64,000 nt of DNA from positions 11,710-75,709 of the forward strand of contig DAINDD010000005.1 of the NCBI GenBank assembly GCA_036732045.1, read 5' to 3'. The position numbers and the translations under genes are program-made. Shown here one piece after another: positions 57,501 to 64,000 of this stretch. Below the pieces are notes generated by a model. The model did not search any database. It saw only the letters and a program-made list of their open reading frames with translations, and was not told where the DNA came from. Every line of letters begins with the position of its first letter. The stretch's first letter is position 1. Source of the DNA: Chloroflexota bacterium. GTDB lineage: Bacteria; Chloroflexota; Dehalococcoidia; SM23-28-2; RBG-16-64-32.

Positions 57501-58027
57501 TGCACGATCGGCGCACTCACGTAGCCGAGCCGGTCGAGCGCGACGATCAAATCTTCCATGTCCAGCGTCTGTCCCGTCGTTAGCGTCTGCACCGCGCCGC
57601 GCACGTCGGCCGGGGCCAGCGTCCGTTGCGCCACGGCGTGCGCAGAGGCGACAACCACGCACGGCTCTCCGGCGTCCAGCGCAGAGAGTACAGACAGCCG
57701 CTCCCGCACAGTCTCCGGGTCGGGCGAGAGCCGCTCAAAGGGGAGCACGTCTCGCTCAGGGAACAGGAGAACGCGTCGGCCCTCGCCGAGCCAGGCGGCC
57801 AGCTCCTCAGCGAGCAGTTGCGCCCGGGAGCCGCGCCCGGTCACAACAACCGCCGGCCCGGTCTCCGCCGAAAGGAGTGCGGCGAGCGCGGCGGGCTTCG
57901 CGGCGTCAGCCAGCCCGGCGATCTCGTGCGATGTCGCGGCAGAGAGGCGTTCGCGCAACTCGCGGAAGCCGGGCGCTTGTTCGATTGTCGGGAGCAGGCC
58001 CGAAATGTCCATCTTCCTCACAGACAA
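54524..58027 (-). CDS. mfd: transcription-repair coupling factor
   Basis: 1167 aa; UvrB-homology N-terminus, RNAP-interacting domain, SF2 helicase motifs (GDVGYGKTEVA, DEEQRFGV) and TRCF C-terminal domain. Confidence 0.95.
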   Translation of the reverse strand: MSVRKMDISGLLPTIEQAPGFRELRERLSAATSHEIAGLADAAKPAALAALLSAETGPAVVVTGRGSRAQLLAEELAAWLGEGRRVLLFPERDVLPFERLSPDPETVRERLSVLSALDAGEPCVVVASAHAVAQRTLAPADVRGAVQTLTTGQTLDMEDLIVALDRLGYVSAPIVQLTGEFSRRGGIVDVFPPTADDPLRIEFFGDEIESLRHFSTATQRTIQTVDELQIGPAQEIALASAQPALELLAGLNYKQVSDEVRARFEEDVAYLQSDLAFPNRDFYVPFLAPATLLDHLPAGGLLIVDEMSDLQAAVDEAQEDAVTSRAELEGQGEIPRGLPQPIEDWPALSACIEKASRVLTLARWAMEGETKVVPLPFSAAPAYGGQLRKLVDEAIAGLAAGHRTVIVSQQADRLSELFEEQGQPVAVLAHLPAEPPLLSLVHGSLSEGWRLACDTSLTLLADAEVFGFIKQRRTAPRQQVNREAFLAELVPGTYVVHIDHGIARFHGLIQRTVDGHEREYLELHYAEGDRLFVPTDQLDRVSRYIGPSDRAPSPTRLSSGEWQRAKQRVRKAVQQLAKDLLALYAAREAMPGYAYPPDTAWQAELEGSFPYVETPDQLAAISAVKRDMETPRPMDRLVCGDVGYGKTEVAIRAAFKAVMDGKQVAILVPTTVLAQQHYNTFRERLGAFPARVDVISRFRSDTEQKQIVENLATGGIDIIIGTHRLLQKDIRFKELGLVVIDEEQRFGVAHKEFLKHMRREVDVLTLSATPIPRTLYMSLGGIRDMSTMETPPEERLPIKTYVSEFEERTVRDAIVRELERGGQVYFVHNRVHNIDLIASKVRDIVPDAQIGIGHGQMDEHMLARAMDEFTQGKLDVLVCTTIIESGLDIPNVNTIIINQADKLGLAQLYQLRGRVGRGANRAYAYLLHEKKGRLTDTARMRLQTIFEATELGAGFQIALRDLEIRGAGNLLGGEQSGYMSAIGFDLYVKLLANAVERYRALMRGETPAPESEGPGVTIDLPISAHLPTSYVPDLNTRLALYQRLSAAADPEAVADIGQEMVDRLGEPPPVARNLMYVVVLRAMARLIGVQSITTDDGAAVIRMREGEALPLDVLEGAVPRGVQLTRHSLRVELTEGWRERLRRSLEQVANAKAADEPVAAGSAGQGT

Positions 58028-58318
58028 CGCTTCAAGGGGCCCCGCGCTTGTCGGGGCCCCTGCTATTCGGCTGGTTCTATCTTAGCAGGCTCAGTCGCCC
58101 ATCAGCAGCGCGCGCCAGCCACCGCAGCGCCGCGTCACCTCGCGCAGGTAGAACCCGAACGCCGGTCACCAGATCAGGTCGTTGGTGATGATCGTCCATC
58201 CGAACGCGCTCGGCAGCTTATCACTCGCGATCGCCCAAACGAAGCCGATTGGCCCGAGAATCTTACCTAGGAACCCGATCGCAATGATGTGCCGGTGCGC
58301 CGCCGGTCGCCGCGCCGC

Positions 58319-58573
58319 TCACCAGTAGGCCGGCGCGTAGACCAGCACGAACATCCCGACCACCTGCCAGAGCGGCGTGTAGTTGGGCCGGTCGATACCC
58401 AGGGCATCGAAGAGGGCGTGCGGGAAGATCATGTTGATGGCACCCCACGCCAGGTTATACAGCGCCGCGGCGTAGAACCACGGCTTGTAGGCGTTGAACG
58501 CTTCGTCAGAGCAGCCGGTGTCGGAGGTCATTCCTCGCCCCGATCGCTCGGAACTTTGCGAACAGTCCTTCAT
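58319..58573 (-). CDS. small membrane protein, N-terminal part of a reading frame interrupted by an in-frame TGA
   Basis: 84-aa ORF ending ...LVYAPAYW*. The same frame continues for 50 more codons (AARRPAAHRHIIAIGFLGKILGPIGFVWAIASDKLPSAFGWTIITNDLIW*) down to 58166. Confidence 0.45.
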   Translation of the reverse strand: MKDCSQSSERSGRGMTSDTGCSDEAFNAYKPWFYAAALYNLAWGAINMIFPHALFDALGIDRPNYTPLWQVVGMFVLVYAPAYW

Positions 58574-59165
58574 ACCCGAAGAACTCTCCGAGGAGCGGGC
58601 TCTTCACGGTCAACCCCATGCGAATTCCGTTGACTATCTCCGGGTCAACGAACTGGCTAGCGATTACGCTGCCTGTAAGAACGCCAGGAATCTGCAGGGT
58701 TACAGACGCGAACTGGAACCGCCACTGTGAGGCCTCTATCACGAACGTCCCGGGCGCTTCGAAACGAACGGTCCATATGAGTTCCAAACAACTTCCGGGC
58801 CCAAATCGCTCGACCACCGCGGCCAACTGTTCATCGTATGCCAGCTGTCCCACAAACCTGCGGCGACGGGGAAAGCGGAACTCGCGATCCCAGACCTGGA
58901 TGGTTCTGCCGTTCCGATTGGATGCGCGGATCGTCATCGTCACCGGAACGTGATCACCGGTCTCCGGAAAAAGCGTATTGACGTGCGAAAGGAGCCAGAG
59001 AGCCGGCGTGATCCACTTCGGTCGATGCCAGACTCGCAACATCTCTCCCTCGACGAGGACAAGGCACTTGTCCTCAGCCCGTAGCAGCAGTTGATCAGCG
59101 AACTGCTGCGGGAGTTCGTCGACCTGGGTGGCGAGTAGCTGTGAAAACGGACCATCGGATCGCAC
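58506..59165 (-). CDS. hypothetical protein (possibly DUF4166 family)
   Basis: 219 aa; no catalytic motif. Family assignment from memory is tentative. Overlaps the downstream small ORF by 68 nt, so the start may be internal. Confidence 0.5.
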   Translation of the reverse strand: MRSDGPFSQLLATQVDELPQQFADQLLLRAEDKCLVLVEGEMLRVWHRPKWITPALWLLSHVNTLFPETGDHVPVTMTIRASNRNGRTIQVWDREFRFPRRRRFVGQLAYDEQLAAVVERFGPGSCLELIWTVRFEAPGTFVIEASQWRFQFASVTLQIPGVLTGSVIASQFVDPEIVNGIRMGLTVKSPLLGEFFGYEGLFAKFRAIGARNDLRHRLL

Positions 59166-59169
59166 AGCG

Positions 59170-59757
59170 TCACCCGTTATAGTGGTTCATCGCCGCCTCA
59201 ACTCCCTCGGCCAGCATCAGCTCGACTGCCTGGGCCGCGCGGCTGACGGCGTCCTGGAGCGTCTTCGCCTGCTGGCCACCGGGGTCGCCCAACACGTAAT
59301 CGCCGACGACCTCCGGCTCCCAGGAGGGCTCGCCTTCCACGTGCGGCCGGCCGATGCCGACGCGGATGCGTGGGAAGTCACGGCTGCCGAGGCTGGCAAT
59401 GATCGACTTCAGCCCCTTGTAGCCGCCGTCACCGCCCTCCGCACGAATGCGAATGCGCCCCGCCGGCAGGTCGAGCTCGTCGTGGATCACCACAAGGTGT
59501 TGCGGGTCGATCTTGAAGCGGCGCATCGCTGGCACGACCGCTTCGCCGCTCTTGTTAACGTAGGTCCGCGGCTTCAGCAGCACGACCGGCGTCGGCCCGA
59601 TGCGTCCCTCACCGATGGCGGCCAGCGTCTTCGCCTTGAGGTTGATGCCGTGCAGCCGGGCGAGGCGGTTGACGCACCAGTAACCGACGTTATGGCGGTT
59701 GTGGGCGTACTCCGAGCCGGGGTTCCCGAGCCCTGCGATCAGCCAGCGGTCAGACAC
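59170..59757 (-). CDS. pth: peptidyl-tRNA hydrolase
   Basis: LIAGLGNPGSEYAHNRHNVG N-terminus and catalytic His region typical of Pth. Confidence 0.9.
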   Translation of the reverse strand: MSDRWLIAGLGNPGSEYAHNRHNVGYWCVNRLARLHGINLKAKTLAAIGEGRIGPTPVVLLKPRTYVNKSGEAVVPAMRRFKIDPQHLVVIHDELDLPAGRIRIRAEGGDGGYKGLKSIIASLGSRDFPRIRVGIGRPHVEGEPSWEPEVVGDYVLGDPGGQQAKTLQDAVSRAAQAVELMLAEGVEAAMNHYNG

Positions 59758-59977
59758 GCCCGCAATTCTAGCAGGGTGCTAGTAGAGCGAATCTTGTCCC
59801 TTCCTCTCCCCATTTTGAAAGTAGAACAAATCTGGGGGACACCCCCAGACCCCCGGCAGAGAGGCTTCGCCCCTCTGCACTTCCCATATTCGGCGCGAAT
59901 ATACCGATCCGTACTACGGGCCATGCCAACGCCTCAACCCCCCAAGCGGCGCGAATCGCCGAATCTTCGTCGCTGCG

Positions 59978-61087
59978 CTAGGGCGACGCAGTGGCGGACG
60001 GCGAAGCGGGCGTGGAGGATTGTGAAGCCGGCGTGGCGGTCGGCGAGGTCACGGGTGGGATGAAGTCGTCCGTGAAGACGCTGGAGATGTCCGTGATCGC
60101 ATGAGGGATAGCGCCGTATTGCACCAGGTAATCGTGGAGCGCCTGCCACTGCTCTCGCGTCTGGTAGCCGATGCCGCCGGACTGGGCGGCGGCCGTCTTG
60201 GCCATGGCGAGCTCCGTATCCAGCATGTAGCGCTGATGGGCGCGGTCTGCCTCCGGCGCATACTTCAGGACGATATCGATCGCTTCGTCGCGGTGCTGGT
60301 CGGCGTAGGCGATCCCCTGCAGCGCCGCCTTCACGAACCTCCGCACGACATCTGGGTTCTGCTGCACGTAGTCCTGCGTCGCGACGTAGGTCAGCCCGAG
60401 CGTGGGCGCGCCGTCGTCGGCCGCGGTGAAGAGCTTCGTCGGGTAGCCCAGGCGGCTCAGCGTGTCAGGCTCGTTGGCCAGGAACACCGGGTAGATGTCG
60501 ACCTGGCCTTGAGTCAGCACCTGCGGGTCGTAGCCGGTTCGTACCTCGCTGATGGAGGAGCGGTTGATGTGGTTCGCCGCAAGGATCGCCAGGTAGTCGG
60601 GCGCTACCGTGTCGCCCTTGTAGCCTGCCGTCTTGCCCACCCAGTCGGCCGGCGTCTGGATGCCGGAGTTTGCCAGCACAGCGAACCCCTGTTGCCCCGT
60701 CTGCCCGATCAGCGCGACCGAAACAAGCGGCAGCGATGGGTCGCCGGCGCGGTGATTCAGGACCTCGCCCGCGTCTGCGGTGGAGAACTGTACGGTGCCA
60801 GAGGCCAGAAGAGGAAAGTTGTCGCCGGGCGTCGTCACGTGCTGGATATCGACGTTCAGACCCTCGGCGGCGAAGAACCCTTTGTCCTTGGCGACGTAGG
60901 CGCCCACGAACGGCAGGTCGGCCTGGGGCTTGAAGCCGGCCATGAACGTTACGCTGACCGGAGCAGGGGTCGGCGTGGTGCTCTGCGCGTTGTCATCGCC
61001 GCCGCAAGCCGCGATCAGGATCGCGCCGGCCATCACGAAAGCGAGGGCAAGAAGTCCGCGTCGCTGTGTCCACGTTGCAAGGTCCAT
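59978..61087 (-). CDS. ABC transporter substrate-binding lipoprotein (NitT/TauT, SsuA/NMT1-like)
   Basis: Lipobox LIAACGG; NMT1/THI5-like periplasmic fold; PT-rich C-terminal tail. Confidence 0.8.
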   Translation of the reverse strand: MDLATWTQRRGLLALAFVMAGAILIAACGGDDNAQSTTPTPAPVSVTFMAGFKPQADLPFVGAYVAKDKGFFAAEGLNVDIQHVTTPGDNFPLLASGTVQFSTADAGEVLNHRAGDPSLPLVSVALIGQTGQQGFAVLANSGIQTPADWVGKTAGYKGDTVAPDYLAILAANHINRSSISEVRTGYDPQVLTQGQVDIYPVFLANEPDTLSRLGYPTKLFTAADDGAPTLGLTYVATQDYVQQNPDVVRRFVKAALQGIAYADQHRDEAIDIVLKYAPEADRAHQRYMLDTELAMAKTAAAQSGGIGYQTREQWQALHDYLVQYGAIPHAITDISSVFTDDFIPPVTSPTATPASQSSTPASPSATASP

Positions 61088-61105
61088 GTTCCGAGTTCCT
61101 CTCCG

Positions 61106-61885
61106 CTAGCTCGCGCTTCGCACGGAATCGTGCCAGAAGAGCAGACGGCGCTCTGCCAGCGAAAGGGCGATGTTGATCGCGATGCCGGTAAAGGCCAGCA
61201 CGGCGATAGCCACAAAGAGGTCAGGCGTGCGCAAGTTCAGCCACGACGAGTACACGACATAACCGAGCCCGTGCGTGCCAGTGAACCATTCGGCAACGAC
61301 GGCGCCGATCAACGCCAGGGGGTAGGCGACCCGCAGCGCACTGAGGACGTACGGCAGCGAGCTCGGGACGCGCAGCTTCCAGAACACCTGCCAAGGCGAA
61401 GCCGAGATCGAGCGGAAAAACTCGAGCGCGGCGGGATCGACGTCGCGGAATCCGATCATCGCGCTAACCAGCATCGGGAAGAAGCAGAGGAGGGCGGCGA
61501 CGATGATCTTGGGCTCCTCCCCAAACCCAAAGATGATGACGAGCACAGGCGTGATCGCCACCACCGGCGTCACCTTGGCCGCAATGGCCAGCGGGAAAAG
61601 CGCGCGCTCCAGCGGCCGCGAGTGCGCCATCACGACGGCCAACGCGATCGCCACCGCGGAGCCGGCAAGCAGGCCGAGCGTCGCCTCGTACAGGGTGTAG
61701 GCGCCTTCCTGCGAGAAGAACCACGGGCGCTCGTAGAAGCGCGCGGCGATGCGGTGCGGCGCCGGCACGACGATCACCGATACGTCTCGCCAGGCGATGT
61801 AAGCCTCCCACGCGCCGATGAGGATGGCGAGGGCTACGAGGGGCGGCAGAACCTGGCCGGCAAGGGCGCGAAGGAGCCTCTTCAT
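61106..61885 (-). CDS. ABC transporter permease (NitT/TauT family)
   Basis: 259 aa, 6 TM, binding-protein-dependent transport system inner membrane component. Confidence 0.85.
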   Translation of the reverse strand: MKRLLRALAGQVLPPLVALAILIGAWEAYIAWRDVSVIVVPAPHRIAARFYERPWFFSQEGAYTLYEATLGLLAGSAVAIALAVVMAHSRPLERALFPLAIAAKVTPVVAITPVLVIIFGFGEEPKIIVAALLCFFPMLVSAMIGFRDVDPAALEFFRSISASPWQVFWKLRVPSSLPYVLSALRVAYPLALIGAVVAEWFTGTHGLGYVVYSSWLNLRTPDLFVAIAVLAFTGIAINIALSLAERRLLFWHDSVRSAS

Positions 61886-62670
61886 GCCGCCTCTCGTAGC
61901 AGCCCACGCAGATAGTCAGAGTAGTCCAGGAAGGCCGGGCTGCGTTCGATTTCTTGCGTCCTCGGGCGCGCGAGCTCGACGTCGAGGTCAGCGACGATTC
62001 GGCCGGGCCGTCCGGAGAGGACGACTACGCGGTCGGAGAGGACGAGCGCTTCGGCGATGGAGTGTGTCACGAAGATGACAGTCTTGCGGCCGGCCGAATC
62101 GGTAGCCGCGCGGAGCCTCAGGAGCTCGTAACGCATCGCTGAGCGCGTGATCTCGTCCAGCGCGCCAAACGGTTCGTCCATCAGCAGCAGCGACGGATCG
62201 AAGGCCAGCGCCCGCGCGATGGCTACGCGCTGCTGCATGCCGCCCGAGAGTTGGTGTGGGTAGTAGTCGCGGAAGCCAGCAAGGCCGATGAGATCGAGGA
62301 GGGCTTCCGGGTCTGGGAGCGCGCGCGTCCGGCGGATACCGTCTATCTCCAGCGGCAGCCGCACGTTGGCGAGGACGTTGCGCCAGGGGAGCAGCGCCGG
62401 GTCCTGGAAGACGAAGCCGATCTCCCGCTTTCGCTGCGCTCGTTCGGGCGGCTCCTCGCGGATCAGCGCCGTTCCTGCGGACGGACGCAGGAGCCCGCCG
62501 GCGATTCGCAGCAGCGTAGACTTCCCGCAGCCGCTGGGCCCGATTATCGAGAGGAACTGGCCGGCGGGCACACTGAAGGACACGCCTTGCAGCGCGGTCA
62601 AGGGAGACTGCCCGTCGCTGAAGACGTGCGTAAGACTATTTAGAGAGACGTGGTACTGTGCTACGGCCAT
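61882..62670 (-). CDS. ABC transporter ATP-binding protein (SsuB/TauB-like)
   Basis: Start [10 protein letters not shown] (ATG 62670); Walker [37 protein letters not shown]. Confidence 0.9.
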   Translation of the reverse strand: MAVAQYHVSLNSLTHVFSDGQSPLTALQGVSFSVPAGQFLSIIGPSGCGKSTLLRIAGGLLRPSAGTALIREEPPERAQRKREIGFVFQDPALLPWRNVLANVRLPLEIDGIRRTRALPDPEALLDLIGLAGFRDYYPHQLSGGMQQRVAIARALAFDPSLLLMDEPFGALDEITRSAMRYELLRLRAATDSAGRKTVIFVTHSIAEALVLSDRVVVLSGRPGRIVADLDVELARPRTQEIERSPAFLDYSDYLRGLLREAA

Positions 62671-62963
62671 CCCTCGCGAGATATCGGGACGTCGTCCCGG
62701 TGCGATATCGATCGCGGGGGTGCGGTCCGCCTCAGGCGGATGGCCAAGACCCGTGTGCCGGAGACGCACCCCGCGCCACTATTCCGGCGAGTCGCCCGCT
62801 GATTGTACGCGCAGGCGGCCCGCGCGAGCAACTCTGCTATCGCGTGGCCATCGCTAAACGATATACTGGCGCTCGCGCCGCGAGAGCATTTGAGCCTTGA
62901 GAGCAAGGGCATACGCGGCGCCATCGCTGCCAACGAACGATTTATCCCGGGAGTACGTAAACA

Positions 62964-63614
62964 GTGGCACGTATAGCATTTATCGGCGGCACCGGCCCCG
63001 AGGGGCTCGGCCTCGCCATGCGGTTTGTGAAGTCGGGCAACGCCGTGTTCATCGGCTCGCGGACAGAAGAGCGGGCGGCGGAGGCTGTCGCGCAGGTGCA
63101 GGCGGCGCTCCCCGAAGGCGAGGTATACGGCGGCTTCAACATAGAAGGCGCCGAGAAGGCGGAGTTCGTCTTCGTCACGGTGCCGGCGGACGCGCACCAC
63201 GACATCCTCGTCGAACTGGCGGAGGCGATCGGAGACAAGATCGTCGTCGATTGCGTCGTGCCGATGGTGATCGACAAGGACGGCCCGCGGCCGGCGCCGC
63301 CGCAAGCAGGCTCGGCGGCGGAGGAGGCACGAGACCTCTTGCCCAAGGCGAAGGTCGTCAGCGGCTTCCACCACGTGGACGGCAAGCAGCTTCAGAAGCT
63401 CGACCGGCCGATGCAAGGCGACGTACTTGTCTGCGGCGACCACAAGACCGCCAAGAAGAAAGTGATGGGTCTCGTCGAAGAGATCCAGTACATGCGCGCG
63501 CTGGACGGCGGCTCCCTCGTCAACTCCCGCATCACGGAGGCGATGACCGCGCTGCTGATCACGATCAACAAACAGTACAAGGCGCATTCCGGCATCAGCA
63601 TTACGGGCGTCTGA
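62964..63614 (+). CDS. npdG: NADPH-dependent F420 reductase
   Basis: GTG start; MARIAFIGGTGPEGLGLAMRF dinucleotide motif typical of Npd/FNO family. Confidence 0.75.
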   Translation: MARIAFIGGTGPEGLGLAMRFVKSGNAVFIGSRTEERAAEAVAQVQAALPEGEVYGGFNIEGAEKAEFVFVTVPADAHHDILVELAEAIGDKIVVDCVVPMVIDKDGPRPAPPQAGSAAEEARDLLPKAKVVSGFHHVDGKQLQKLDRPMQGDVLVCGDHKTAKKKVMGLVEEIQYMRALDGGSLVNSRITEAMTALLITINKQYKAHSGISITGV

Positions 63615-63659
63615 GGAACCGGGGACTCGGAAACAAGGAACTCGGCCGGCGCTGATCTC

Positions 63660-64000
63660 ATGACGAAGGAAATCCGGATCGTGCCTCTGTCCGGCATCCC
63701 TGAAGTCCGCGCGGGTGACGACGTTGCGAGGATGATCGTCGAGGCGGCGGGCACGGACCCGGGCATTCGCGCCGGCGATATCGTGGTCGTCACGCAGAAG
63801 ATCGTCTCGAAGTCCGAGGGACGGGTCGTTCGGCTGGACGGCGTCTCGCCGTCAGCAGAGGCGGAGCGCCTGGCGGAGGCGACGGAGAAGGACGCTCGGC
63901 TCGTCGAACTGATCCTCCGGGAGAGCGCCGGCATCGTTCGGCAACGCGGCCCGGTCCTGATCACCGAGACGCGGCACGGCTTCGTCTGCGCCAACGCCGG
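63660..64000 (+). CDS. cofE: coenzyme F420-0:L-glutamate ligase, 5' part (continues past window end)
   Basis: MTKEIRIVPLSGIPEVRAGDDVARMIVEAAG...VVVTQKIVSKSEGR matches the CofE N-terminus. Confidence 0.75.
   Translation, partial: MTKEIRIVPLSGIPEVRAGDDVARMIVEAAGTDPGIRAGDIVVVTQKIVSKSEGRVVRLDGVSPSAEAERLAEATEKDARLVELILRESAGIVRQRGPVLITETRHGFVCANA

Noticed and set aside
58263-58448. 61-aa minus-strand ORF overlapping the small membrane protein
   Set aside because: Alternative frame of the same region with Arg/Ala-rich translation. The membrane-protein frame gives coherent hydrophobic helices.
1-64000. CRISPR arrays or rRNA genes
   Set aside because: No regularly spaced short repeats or rRNA-like conserved stretches were seen anywhere in the window.

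Overview
High-GC (~65-68%) bacterial chromosomal segment. The mix of split glycine-cleavage P protein (gcvPA/gcvPB), F420-related genes (npdG-like, cofE), nuoABC and pth/mfd resembles Chloroflexi/Thermomicrobia or an actinobacterial-like genome.

Core housekeeping blocks: nuoC-B-A, valS, gcvT-H-PA-PB, dcd, mfd, pth, a NitT/TauT-type ABC importer, and many SDR, enoyl-CoA hydratase, acyl-CoA and aldehyde dehydrogenase metabolism genes.

Several lower-GC (~50-55%) patches interrupt this backbone:
- 4.2-5.8 kb: a SEC-C motif protein pair next to an atypical tRNA-like gene.
- 27.4-27.7 kb: a small RBS-bearing ORF inside a cluster holding two TldD/PmbA paralogs.
- 35.8-36.5 kb and 43.5-44.2 kb: hypothetical proteins.
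- 47.3-53.45 kb: a composite accessory region ending at tRNA-Pro(GGG).

The 47.3-53.45 kb accessory region is the most notable feature. It contains:
- a frameshifted GmrSD-like (DUF262 DGQQR + DUF1524 His-Me finger) gene fused to a C-terminal AlbA_2/Schlafen-like domain, bounded by ~42-bp imperfect direct repeats;
- a duplicated 3' fragment of the adjacent ABC ATPase gene;
- a MacB/FtsX-type ABC pair;
- a decayed DDE (rve) transposase remnant.

Other oddities: two unusually short CaiB/BaiF-like CoA-transferase paralogs flanking a GNAT gene; a secreted beta-helix protein with a dockerin-type C-terminus plus dockerin-like pseudogene debris; a small membrane protein interrupted by an in-frame TGA between pth and mfd; a GTCAAGG/CCTTGAC palindromic motif recurring in two divergent promoter regions; and a terminator/antiterminator-like leader upstream of an acyl-CoA synthetase.

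No CRISPR array, rRNA or intact integrase was seen.
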